IMG/VR virus record: IMGVR_UViG_3300037804_000252
Coordinates: 1-64,000 of that record
Length of the DNA: 64,000 nt
Origin: a virus
Reading direction: 5' to 3' (one strand)
The notes below the pieces were generated by a model. The model worked only from the letters and a program-made list of their open reading frames with translations. It was not told the origin of the DNA and searched no databases. Below are positions 26,872 to 35,762 of the stretch, one piece after another; within the stretch, counting starts at the first letter, position 1; every line of letters starts with the position of its first letter. Both the position numbers and the translations under genes were made by a program.

Positions 26872-28023
26872 TTATTTGATATTAGCTAATTGTTTGAATC
26901 TTTCAGCTAATGCATTTGTGTTCTCAGAAATAATGTTTTTTACTGGAGCAGTTGAAGCAACTGGTTTAGAAGCACCTTCCGATACTACTTTCTTAGTTCT
27001 TTTCTCAGTTCCTGTAAAATTCATAGATTCTGCTAACGTAGCGTAAACTAATTTTACTTCTCTAACAGATGTTGTTCTGTCTAAGTTTTCTACAACTTTA
27101 GATTTTTGCTCGTTTGTTAACGAGTATCCTCTAAACAACTTGTTAGCGTATAATAATTTTGCGTTGAGAAGGTTTACTTCATTGATAGTACCTTGTAGAG
27201 TCTTAATAGTAGCATATGCTTCTTCTAAGTCTTTTCCAAGTTCTTCGTACTTTTCTTCCATGTCTTCTTCTTCAGAGTGAATTTCTTCTTCTTCAGATTC
27301 TTCATTTACATCATTTCCGTATCCCATTTCTCTAAGGATTTCATCTAAGTCGATTTCATCATCCATGTCTTCTTCTTCTTCTTCACCTTCGTGAGAATCT
27401 TCAGAATGCACTTCTTCTTCTTCTTCTTCTTTAACTTCTTCCTCACTAGGTACTTCTTCTTCAGATTCTTCTTCAGAGTGAATTTCTTCTTCTTCTTCAG
27501 AAACTTCTTCATCATCTTCCATACCCATTTCAAGTTCTCTAATGATAGACTCTAAATCTAACTCATCATCTTCTTCAATTTCTTCTTCTTCAGAGTGAAT
27601 TTCTTCTTCTCCTTCTTCTTCAGAAATTTCAGCGTCATCAGCGTTAGTTGGGTCATCATATCCAACTCCATCCACTTCTTCTTCAGATACTTCTTCTTCA
27701 GAGTGGTCACCTTCTTCCAACTCATCACCTACTTCTGCAGTTTCTTCTTCAGATTCAGGTCCAAGTTCGGTGTGTGCGTCTGAAGCGTCTGCTGATGGTT
27801 CAACTGGAGTCTCTTCATCACCATCACCAATATCACTTGAATCTAATTCCTCTTCGATTTCTTCATCATCACCTTCCATTTCAGCTTGTAGCTTCTTTGA
27901 TAGGATTGATTGTAATCTTGGAGTAAATGCTTCCTCAAGTGCAATCTTAGCGTTAGCGATTGCAGTTTCTCTTACAGCTTTAGCATCGGCAATTGCTTCT
28001 TTTAACAATTTTGAATTTGCCAT
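26872..28023 (-). CDS. Prohead core scaffolding protein (gp22 position), extremely acidic
   Basis: Directly upstream of the capsid gene; long Glu/Asp low-complexity core with coiled-coil ends. Confidence 0.8.
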   Translation of the reverse strand: MANSKLLKEAIADAKAVRETAIANAKIALEEAFTPRLQSILSKKLQAEMEGDDEEIEEELDSSDIGDGDEETPVEPSADASDAHTELGPESEEETAEVGDELEEGDHSEEEVSEEEVDGVGYDDPTNADDAEISEEEGEEEIHSEEEEIEEDDELDLESIIRELEMGMEDDEEVSEEEEEIHSEEESEEEVPSEEEVKEEEEEEVHSEDSHEGEEEEEDMDDEIDLDEILREMGYGNDVNEESEEEEIHSEEEDMEEKYEELGKDLEEAYATIKTLQGTINEVNLLNAKLLYANKLFRGYSLTNEQKSKVVENLDRTTSVREVKLVYATLAESMNFTGTEKRTKKVVSEGASKPVASTAPVKNIISENTNALAERFKQLANIK

Positions 28024-28034
28024 TTTACTTTTAC

Positions 28035-28160
28035 TTTTTTTAATTTGCTGAAGTTATTTGAGGAACCTCAATATAGAATAGTGTAATTTGGTTGTTCGGT
28101 CACTTCACATTATACGCGAGTATTCATTAACCAACAGAACCCACATAGATTGTGGGTTAT
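28035..28160 (-). promoter_or_regulatory. Candidate structured 5' leader RNA of the scaffold-capsid operon
   Basis: About 200-nt intergenic region with hairpins AACCCACA-atcta-TGTGGGTT, ATAC-tcgc-GTAT and TTGAG-gttc-CTCAA, plus longer-range complements TTGGTT/AACCAA and TGAAGT/ACTTCA. Confidence 0.5.
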
Positions 28161-28223
28161 TATAGGAATAAATATATAAAAATTTATAAAAACATAAAAA
28201 ACTAAAGAAAATATAAGTTTTTA

Positions 28224-28754
28224 TTATCCTTTTTTAATAACAGAATGAGTTTTTGTTGCAATCCACTGACCATCTTTAACACCAGCCATCTTAGCAGCCT
28301 TCTTTATTGCTTCAACAGTGTTTCTTGCTTTAATAGTGTATTTATTTTTTTTAGATAGTTTTACACCACTTAGATTCATATTATCAAATATTACTTCCCA
28401 TGTAGAAAATCCTTCTTTGATGATTGATTCTTTAATTTTGAAATATTTCTTAAATTCTTGTCTAACTATTTCGCCTTGGTCATTTTTAGTTTTGTTTTGT
28501 TTCAAAATAGTCTCCAATCCCTTTTCCATTTTTGGAATATTATTGTTGTATTTTTGTTTTAACATTCTGAAAATGTTTTTTGATTGTATTCTGGTATTTT
28601 CCCATTGGTCTTCGTTTACTGATTCTTTTTCATCATCAGTAGATTCATCCTTACCATCTTTTTTCTCTATTGCTTTTTGAAGTGCTGGTGGTAATTTTTT
28701 CTGAGCATCTGTTAATTCAGAAACTTGTTCTTTCATTATGTCTTTTAGTTTCAT
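28224..28754 (-). CDS. Predicted internal head protein, modular
   Basis: Leader MKLKDIMKE; linkers ESVNE and ESIIKE; lies between protease and scaffold genes. Confidence 0.65.
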   Translation of the reverse strand: MKLKDIMKEQVSELTDAQKKLPPALQKAIEKKDGKDESTDDEKESVNEDQWENTRIQSKNIFRMLKQKYNNNIPKMEKGLETILKQNKTKNDQGEIVRQEFKKYFKIKESIIKEGFSTWEVIFDNMNLSGVKLSKKNKYTIKARNTVEAIKKAAKMAGVKDGQWIATKTHSVIKKG

Positions 28755-28766
28755 ATTGTTTTTTCC

Positions 28767-29423
28767 TTATTTATTATTTTTTTGAACATGCTGAACAATC
28801 TTCTTAGCAAATGCAGGAGAAGTGATTTTAGCTATCTGAATAATAGTTTCTCTTCCATTAGGTCTTACCGATTTTGAACTTGCATGACCTTTCATATCAG
28901 GAAACTTACCATCGAGTGAATATCCATAATCACGAATATCAATTAGGTTGGAATCTTTATCAAAAATAAATCCATATGCACTTATTCTTGAATTGTAAGT
29001 TTTTCTTACGTTAAGTTCGTATCCATTGTTACCTTGTTTATCAGAACCGATAACCATTCCAAATGATTCACCAGTTTTGTTGTTTCTACCTTTGATTACT
29101 TCGGTTATTGATTTACCACCACATCCACCTGGAGTAGTTCCAGCACACCCACAACCACAATCAGTAGATTCATTTACTGATTCTTCATTCATTTCAGAAA
29201 TAACTTTTTCTCTCATTATCTCTCTTACGATTTTTCTAAGTTGTTCTTTCATCTTTGGTAATCCTTTATGTTTCGTTGCTGCAAAATCTTCAATCTCCTT
29301 TTCACTCATTCTATCAGCTATTCCTTTTATTTCATCTGAAACCTCTGAGGCTGGTATTTCACCTCGTTTGAATGCTAATGCCAATCCAAATAACTTTTGT
29401 TGTTGTTGTGATTGTGCGGGCAT
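28767..29423 (-). CDS. Predicted internal head protein with N-terminal DUF3008-like domain
   Basis: MPAQS..QQ...G.ALA.KRGE...MSEKE.EDFA.TK.KGLP recalls DUF3008; followed by ISE/ESVNE/ITE linkers and a CGCGC...GGCGG segment. Confidence 0.65.
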   Translation of the reverse strand: MPAQSQQQQKLFGLALAFKRGEIPASEVSDEIKGIADRMSEKEIEDFAATKHKGLPKMKEQLRKIVREIMREKVISEMNEESVNESTDCGCGCAGTTPGGCGGKSITEVIKGRNNKTGESFGMVIGSDKQGNNGYELNVRKTYNSRISAYGFIFDKDSNLIDIRDYGYSLDGKFPDMKGHASSKSVRPNGRETIIQIAKITSPAFAKKIVQHVQKNNK

Positions 29424-29427
29424 AGTC

Positions 29428-29892
29428 TTATAACAATTTTAATTCTTTATCTTTGTAGGTATCTGCGAAATACCATTTTTTATCTTTTTCATTGTAAAGG
29501 TAAACATATTCAGCACCAGATTGATTACCAGCATTTTTAATATAGTCAGAAACTTTATCAAATTTACCTTTCGTAAATTTTCCACCCTTTTCACCTCTAT
29601 CTCTACCATAGAAAATAGTTTGGTCTTTGCCTGGGGTTTGGAATGTGTGGTCTTCACCACCATCCATTTTTTTATTTAATGAAGAAATACCACCACCTTT
29701 ATCAACTTTAAGTAGTTGTTTGATTTTACCACCACCATAATAATTTTTTGCAATTTTACCTACCCCATCAGGATAACCATCGTAATGTACATAAGTAGAA
29801 ACAATATTTCCGCTTCTATCAATTACACCAATCTGTGAACGAGTTCCTTCGGTAATTAAATCTTCCGATAATAAGTTTTTTAATTTAATCAT
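29428..29892 (-). CDS. GTRS...YxHxDGYP-family phage protein with an added capsid-targeting-like leader
   Basis: Preferred start MIKLKNLLSE at 29892, which avoids overlap with the upstream gene; GTRSQIG...YVHYDGYP.G.G, FYGRDRGE and EY.YLY...W motifs. Confidence 0.7.
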   Translation of the reverse strand: MIKLKNLLSEDLITEGTRSQIGVIDRSGNIVSTYVHYDGYPDGVGKIAKNYYGGGKIKQLLKVDKGGGISSLNKKMDGGEDHTFQTPGKDQTIFYGRDRGEKGGKFTKGKFDKVSDYIKNAGNQSGAEYVYLYNEKDKKWYFADTYKDKELKLL

Positions 29893-29896
29893 AATA

Positions 29897-30448
29897 TTAC
29901 CTTTTTTCTCCAAGTCTTTTTTTCATAGTATCTGGGTCAATATCAGATATTTCATAATATCTACCTAAAATATGTCCCATATCTTCATACAATGAATGTA
30001 ACCTTTCATCTAATGCTCTTGCCTCAGATGCAACTTTATCAAATGACTTATCTAATTTATCTAACTCACTCATATTTCTTTTGATGGTTACGGTATCAAA
30101 CCAATCACCAGCTTCAGAAAGAGTCAAAGTTTTTGCTGCCTCAACAACACCACCTAAAGTTTCTGCAACTTGAACAATATCAGATTGTATATTCATTTGT
30201 TCTTGGAATGTTTTATAAGTAGAAATGATTTCTAAGAAATGTTTCTTAACTTCATTCGTTAGAGGTTTATTAGCTTCAATGGATTCTGATAATGAAAACT
30301 TACCATCAACAATTTTTACTTCGTTAATGTTAGTTTTTCTAATATCATTATATCCTTTAAATACATTAGTTTCTTTTTTGTTCTCAACCTTTAATTCAAA
30401 TTTATTGTTGTGAACGTAATCGTATATGTCAAAGTTTTTCTTACTCAT
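29897..30448 (-). CDS. Hypothetical helical head-module protein
   Basis: 183 aa, coupled to the prohead protease gene; DWFD and LYEDMG.ILGRYYEI motifs. Confidence 0.7.
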   Translation of the reverse strand: MSKKNFDIYDYVHNNKFELKVENKKETNVFKGYNDIRKTNINEVKIVDGKFSLSESIEANKPLTNEVKKHFLEIISTYKTFQEQMNIQSDIVQVAETLGGVVEAAKTLTLSEAGDWFDTVTIKRNMSELDKLDKSFDKVASEARALDERLHSLYEDMGHILGRYYEISDIDPDTMKKRLGEKR

Positions 30449-31035
30449 TATGCTAGTTCCGTTATAATTTCTCTCATTAAGTTTTGTGCTTTACAAAAAT
30501 CTCCACAAACATCAGTACCAATATTCTTTACTACTGATTCGTTCATTGGAGTCATAAATGCACCATGTGTAGATGGATTGGAAACAAAGTCCCAACCTAT
30601 TAGTTCAAAATCTTCACCAACTAAAAGTTTGTTATCTTTTATTGGTTGAGTAGAACCCATACCTCTTGATGAGATACCTAAAAGGATTCCTGCTCTTAAT
30701 AATTCTTTTAGAATATTACCAGAAGGAGTAGGTAAGATTTCCACTGTACCTACCACATCATCACCTTCCCAATGTATTTCTTTAATATTATGTGATACAT
30801 TCTTTAGGTTGATAACCGAAGAGTCTGGGTGGTCTAATTCACCTAATGCTCTTCTTTCTTTAATAAGTGTTTCGTACTTTTTTATTTCTCTTTGTAATAT
30901 TTCTTTTGGGTACACTCTACCATTTTGGTTTTCTGCACTTGCTCTTTGAAGGATACCTTTAACCATAGTTCTCCCTGATGAATCTTCGTTCACCTTTCCT
31001 TCAAATAAGTTTGTTTCTATTAATAGGTTCTTCAT
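30448..31035 (-). CDS. gp21: Prohead core protease, T4 gp21-like
   Basis: N.NGR.YP, ALGELDHP, VSH.I, TP.G.I, G.SSRG.GS, D.V..PS...AF motifs, including the catalytic His and Ser. Confidence 0.95.
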   Translation of the reverse strand: MKNLLIETNLFEGKVNEDSSGRTMVKGILQRASAENQNGRVYPKEILQREIKKYETLIKERRALGELDHPDSSVINLKNVSHNIKEIHWEGDDVVGTVEILPTPSGNILKELLRAGILLGISSRGMGSTQPIKDNKLLVGEDFELIGWDFVSNPSTHGAFMTPMNESVVKNIGTDVCGDFCKAQNLMREIITELA

Positions 31036-31046
31036 ATTGGTTATCC

Positions 31047-32126
31047 TTATTTATATTTTTTTAGTAAATCTGCAAATTCCTTCTTCACTCCAGAAGATAA
31101 TCTTTTATGTACACCAACTTTTGCTAACATAGAAATTGCATCTTTCATTTGTGCATTATCAATAGCAATACCAGTTCTTGTTCTTGCTAAAAGAGGTCTT
31201 TGTAAAAACATTCTTAATTCAAATGCTAAATCTTTTGAAATTTTAACTCCTTCAACTCTTGAGGTTTCACCATCTTCAACACTTCTCAATAAATCAACTT
31301 TTCCCAATCTTCTTTCAGAAATTGTTGTTTCTTTAAGAGTTACAGGATAAGTTTTACCATTAAACTCAAATTCGGTTTTACCTTCTTCTTTTGCTTTTCT
31401 TGCAGCTTGCACAAATGCTCTACCTTCGTTTACTGATTCTGCTTTAACTTTTCCAAACTTTTTTTCCATCTCTTCATAGATATCATATAAAGCACTGAAC
31501 CAATTGTTAAATTTTTTGAAATTCTTATTTCCATTCAATCCACTACCACCATCGTTCAAGTAATCTATAATAGAAACATTAGTTGGTAATCCAATCATTT
31601 TTGCAATCTTTGAGTCAAGATATCCCTTTCCATCTATATTATCTCGTATAAATCCTTTGAATATATCAGCTCCTGCGTTTTTTCCATATCCATCTATGAT
31701 TTCAGGATGTGTGTTCCATTGAGACGGTGGTATATTATCGTATAGGTTATATCCTCCTCCAAATAATTTTTTTGATGGAGTATTCCAATACTTTTTGGCA
31801 GATGATGAAAGTTTAAGATTACCTTCGTTTACTGATTCAACTTTATATGTTTTACCATCAACTTCAAATTCATCTTCACCTTTTTCTTTTGCTTTAGTAA
31901 CAGCAGCACCAAAGGCATTACCTTCGTTTTTCTTTTCACCCTTTCCACTCCATGCCTTATCAATTTTATTGAAGAACTCTTTCTTTTCTTCATCTGACAT
32001 TGATGGAATAGATTTACCTGCTTTTTCTAAAGTTTTTCTAAAAAATTTTTGATAGTCAGATTCTTCTGACATAATCTGTCTAAGTGTTTCTTTGATGTCT
32101 TCTCTGGTAATATTCATAATTGCCAA
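31047..32126 (-). CDS. Predicted internal head polyprotein with repeated modules
   Basis: Two EG.AF..A..KAKE.G..EFE..GKTY.V modules; ESVNEG linkers encoded by an identical 19-nt direct repeat. Confidence 0.7.
   Translation of the reverse strand: MAIMNITREDIKETLRQIMSEESDYQKFFRKTLEKAGKSIPSMSDEEKKEFFNKIDKAWSGKGEKKNEGNAFGAAVTKAKEKGEDEFEVDGKTYKVESVNEGNLKLSSSAKKYWNTPSKKLFGGGYNLYDNIPPSQWNTHPEIIDGYGKNAGADIFKGFIRDNIDGKGYLDSKIAKMIGLPTNVSIIDYLNDGGSGLNGNKNFKKFNNWFSALYDIYEEMEKKFGKVKAESVNEGRAFVQAARKAKEEGKTEFEFNGKTYPVTLKETTISERRLGKVDLLRSVEDGETSRVEGVKISKDLAFELRMFLQRPLLARTRTGIAIDNAQMKDAISMLAKVGVHKRLSSGVKKEFADLLKKYK
31421..31838. repeat. 19-nt perfect direct repeat taccttcgtttactgattc at 31421-31439 and 31820-31838
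   Basis: Read directly. The core ttcrtttactgattc also occurs at 28611-28625 and 29169-29183. Confidence 0.9.
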
Positions 32127-32133
32127 TCTTGTT

Positions 32134-32571
32134 TTATAGTTCCGATATCGATTTTGATATTCTATTTAACCTTTCTCTTATCTTAAAGAGATGACTTTGT
32201 GTTCGTTTCCATTGGTCTTCGGATTTTAATCCACTTTCTTGTTTAATCTTACCATACCACTTTAGAAATGATTCCATTTCTGAAAGTTGTTTGTTGATTC
32301 CTCTAATCCCTAAACCAATTTTTTGTTTTGGAGTTCCATCAGATTTTCTAAGTTCATTCCAACGATTCTCATTAACTTTAGTATAACCACCACTTACTTT
32401 AATAATATGGTCTACATCAGACTCTGCTTCATCATCAGTCCCATCGGTATCTGTAAATGCATTTGGGGTATTATAACCTGCTACATTACCAGTAGTGGTT
32501 GCCTCATCAACATCTAAGTTTTCTTGCTCTATTTCTGCAATTAAATCTTCAATTAATTCTTTCAGATTCAT
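32134..32571 (-). CDS. Predicted internal head protein
   Basis: Leader MNLKELIE...VDE, then ATTTGNVAGYNTPNAF; helical C-terminus. Confidence 0.65.
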   Translation of the reverse strand: MNLKELIEDLIAEIEQENLDVDEATTTGNVAGYNTPNAFTDTDGTDDEAESDVDHIIKVSGGYTKVNENRWNELRKSDGTPKQKIGLGIRGINKQLSEMESFLKWYGKIKQESGLKSEDQWKRTQSHLFKIRERLNRISKSISEL

Positions 32572-33431
32572 AGTTTACTCTTCAATTCTTTTATTAATTC
32601 ATATGACATCATTATTGATGAAACATGATTATCCGAAACATTTTTACCAATCTTAACTTTAGATAAAACAGAAATAGTTTCCTTTAACTTAATTTTAGTT
32701 ACTTTATCGGTAACCTTAGATTCAATTGAGTTTAATTCTTTTATAATAGTTGGAATCTGTTTTGTTACATACGATTTGAATCCAGTTGTATTAGTTAAAT
32801 TATTGATGTACTCTTTTAATAAAGATTTTTGCGATTCATTTAAGTTAGAATATTTTTTATTGAAAGTTTCTACTAAAATTTTATAAGTAAGTAATCTTAA
32901 ATCTTTTTCTTGTTTTTTATAAGATTCAACTAATTTATCTTTTTTTAATTGAGTTTTAGTTGCTGTATTAGATGTAATACTTTCAATAAGGGTAATTTTT
33001 GAATTGAATACATCCTTAACATCGTAGTTATTCATCTGTTTAGATTCAAAAATCTTATAGATAGATGCCATCAAACGATAATTAGATATAGGAGAAGATA
33101 AGAATTCATCCATATTGAATGATTCGTTAATCTTTTTAATTAGATTATACTTCTCTTTATGTAATTGTTTCTGGTCAATACGATTATGAGCTTCGTTAAC
33201 AGTATCAATGAACTTTTCAGCTCTGGATTCTGAACTATACTTTTCCTTCATAAGAAGTTCGTATAATCTCAACTCTTTGTTTAACTCTGTTTTTGGACTA
33301 AAAAACTCACTTACGATTTTTTTAGCTTTTTCCGTGGTATCACCATTAAGAACTTCTAACGTAATTTGTCTTACGAGAAGTTCAAACAGTATACCTGTAT
33401 TCTTAAATTTTGAATGTTTTACCCTCTTCAT
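32568..33431 (-). CDS. Hypothetical basic helical protein of the head module
   Basis: 287 aa, first gene after the portal, preceded by the late-type motif at 33482-33490. Confidence 0.75.
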   Translation of the reverse strand: MKRVKHSKFKNTGILFELLVRQITLEVLNGDTTEKAKKIVSEFFSPKTELNKELRLYELLMKEKYSSESRAEKFIDTVNEAHNRIDQKQLHKEKYNLIKKINESFNMDEFLSSPISNYRLMASIYKIFESKQMNNYDVKDVFNSKITLIESITSNTATKTQLKKDKLVESYKKQEKDLRLLTYKILVETFNKKYSNLNESQKSLLKEYINNLTNTTGFKSYVTKQIPTIIKELNSIESKVTDKVTKIKLKETISVLSKVKIGKNVSDNHVSSIMMSYELIKELKSKL

Positions 33432-33515
33432 TGTGTTTTTATCCTATAATAATATATGAATATACGATAGCATACATCGTATATAAATATAAGTTAATTT
33501 TGATTTCCTAAATTT

Positions 33516-35276
33516 TTATTCATCAATCAAATTTGCGTCATCTAAGAAGTCTCCGTTTTCACTCATCAACCTTCTTTTTGCTGAAACTCCGTTAACGTAT
33601 TCTTTCGCAACTTTTTGCGTAGTTTTACTAACTTTACTTTCAGTTTTCTTTAACGCTTTTTGATTTTCTTTTTTACCAAGTGGGTCTCTCCCAAGTGGAT
33701 GTTTATCTTTTCCATAGGTGTTTCCCTCTCTTGGTCTACCACCTTTGTTTTTTAACTCAGTCTTTAATTCTTCCAATTCATCTTCAATATCAGTAGGTTC
33801 TGCTTCCATTGCAGGGTCGTTACCTTCATCCTCAATTGAACGATATCTGAACCTATCTTTTAGGTCATCAATAAGTTGTTCTTTTTGGGAATCAACTTCA
33901 TCTTCACTAAAGTTAAATATATTTTTATATGTCCAATCTTTAGATACCATATTTAGTTGTTGAATATCAGAAACCAATCTAACCTTTTCACTCCAAAGAT
34001 TTACTTTTTCTTGCTCATAGATTGTAGATGGATTAACTAAGTCTAATTCAAAATCTACCATATCAGTTCCCTCAATACCTTGAGCAGCTAAATGAGTTAC
34101 TGCAATCTTAGTTAATTCTGATATTAAAGTTCTTTGTATTCTTTCGATTGTTCTTGCGAATCTTACATCTTCTGCAGCAAGAGTTGCTTTACCATTTACA
34201 TTCTCATCATATCCCAAATATGCTTTTGGAATCTTTAGAGCTGCGAATAGTTTATTCTTTAAGTAATCGATATCATCAATAGCAGTATATTCTAAACCAC
34301 CTAATGAATCTATTTGAGTTCCACTATCACCACCCCTAACAGGTAAAAAGAAATCTTCAGTTAGGTTTTGGATATTATATTTTAAGTTGTAATCTCCAGT
34401 TCTTTTATCTACGAATGGAGTTTTTTTCATTTTACTAATAATTTTTTGCATATAGTTATCAACCTCTTGTGGAGGAATGTTACCAATATCAATTTTGAAA
34501 ACTCTCTTGTCTGGTGCTCTCATGATTCTATGAATTAACATAGCATCTTCCATAAGAGAAACTTGTTTCCAAATTCTTCTACCATTTTCAATCATTGCTT
34601 TTCCATATGGTAAGAAGTTAGTATCTGATAATAATCTAAAGTGTACTACCTCATAGTTTTCATATTCACCTTTACCTGCGGGGTCATGGTTTAATTTGAA
34701 CTTTACATAGTTTGGATTATTTGGGTCAGTATTTTCCATTCTTTCAAGTTCATAAACAGGAAGTGGTTTTACATTAAGAATACCAACACCTGGTTGAATT
34801 TCTTGTAGTAAAAAGAAATCACCATACTTTACCATATTTCGTGTCCATGACCATAGGTTAAATTCTATATTCAAAACATCATAGAAAAGGTTTTCTAGTA
34901 TTTCTTTTATTTTTTCGTTTTTTGATTTTATTTGTACAACTTCTCCAAATTCATTTTTAAGTGTACATTCATCTGCGTAGATATCTAATGCTGATGAGAT
35001 AATTGGGTCATTATCCATTGCATCATAATCTCTAAAAAGTTCTCTACGAACTTGATGGTATGCCATTGATTGAGCTGCCATCTGGTCTCCATAAAAAGAC
35101 CTTTGTAGTTTAGTGTACCTATCTCTTATATTCATAAGATTAGTACCACCTTGTTGTCTATCATCAGTATCAACAACTCTCCTTTTTCCATCTTTATCAA
35201 CCTTTACGATTGCTTGAGTAGAAAAAAGTTTTGTTAATCTTTGAAAGAATGAACTATTGTTTTGTGCTTCTGCCAT
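33516..35276 (-). CDS. gp20: Portal protein, T4 gp20-like
   Basis: LMEDAM.I.RI.RAP..RVF.ID.GN.P, EDFFLP.RGG..GT.I..L.G, DI.Y...KLF.AL.IP. Confidence 0.96.
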   Translation of the reverse strand: MAEAQNNSSFFQRLTKLFSTQAIVKVDKDGKRRVVDTDDRQQGGTNLMNIRDRYTKLQRSFYGDQMAAQSMAYHQVRRELFRDYDAMDNDPIISSALDIYADECTLKNEFGEVVQIKSKNEKIKEILENLFYDVLNIEFNLWSWTRNMVKYGDFFLLQEIQPGVGILNVKPLPVYELERMENTDPNNPNYVKFKLNHDPAGKGEYENYEVVHFRLLSDTNFLPYGKAMIENGRRIWKQVSLMEDAMLIHRIMRAPDKRVFKIDIGNIPPQEVDNYMQKIISKMKKTPFVDKRTGDYNLKYNIQNLTEDFFLPVRGGDSGTQIDSLGGLEYTAIDDIDYLKNKLFAALKIPKAYLGYDENVNGKATLAAEDVRFARTIERIQRTLISELTKIAVTHLAAQGIEGTDMVDFELDLVNPSTIYEQEKVNLWSEKVRLVSDIQQLNMVSKDWTYKNIFNFSEDEVDSQKEQLIDDLKDRFRYRSIEDEGNDPAMEAEPTDIEDELEELKTELKNKGGRPREGNTYGKDKHPLGRDPLGKKENQKALKKTESKVSKTTQKVAKEYVNGVSAKRRLMSENGDFLDDANLIDE

Positions 35277-35307
35277 TTTATTTTCTTATTTTATAACCTT
35301 TATTTAT

Positions 35308-35715
35308 TTACCATGCTTTACAACTCCAATACCTAGCCTTATGTCTTGGTCCTGGTGTATCACAATTATGTCTTGCTCTAAATGCTTTTTTTCGGTCTGG
35401 ATTATCTTTCTTAATCCTCATAGTTTTCTCACCTGCTTTTTTTGCAGATGTTCCACCATGTCCAAAGTTAACCTTCACAACATTTCCTTTTGGATTTTTA
35501 ACATACACTTTGAACTTCTTTACATCACCAGCCATCGGTTTGTTTAACTTAATATCTCTACCTTGATATTCTGCTTCAGTAATGTCCTCTTTTATGTTTT
35601 TTAGAAAGTGAACAAACTCTTTCAAATCTTGATAGTTTTCAACATCGTATTCTTCGATAGTTTCATCTATTGATAATTTGAATTCATTATAAAGTTCTTT
35701 AGAATAATTTTTCAT
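35308..35715 (-). CDS. Small basic protein with acidic propeptide, predicted internal head protein
   Basis: Acidic N-terminus ending in DITE, then basic domain AEYQGR...KKFKVYV...VNFG...RKKAFRARHNC...ARYWSC. Confidence 0.7.
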   Translation of the reverse strand: MKNYSKELYNEFKLSIDETIEEYDVENYQDLKEFVHFLKNIKEDITEAEYQGRDIKLNKPMAGDVKKFKVYVKNPKGNVVKVNFGHGGTSAKKAGEKTMRIKKDNPDRKKAFRARHNCDTPGPRHKARYWSCKAW

Positions 35716-35762
35716 ACTTAATCCCTATTTAACCTATACTATATAAATATAAAACTTTTATT

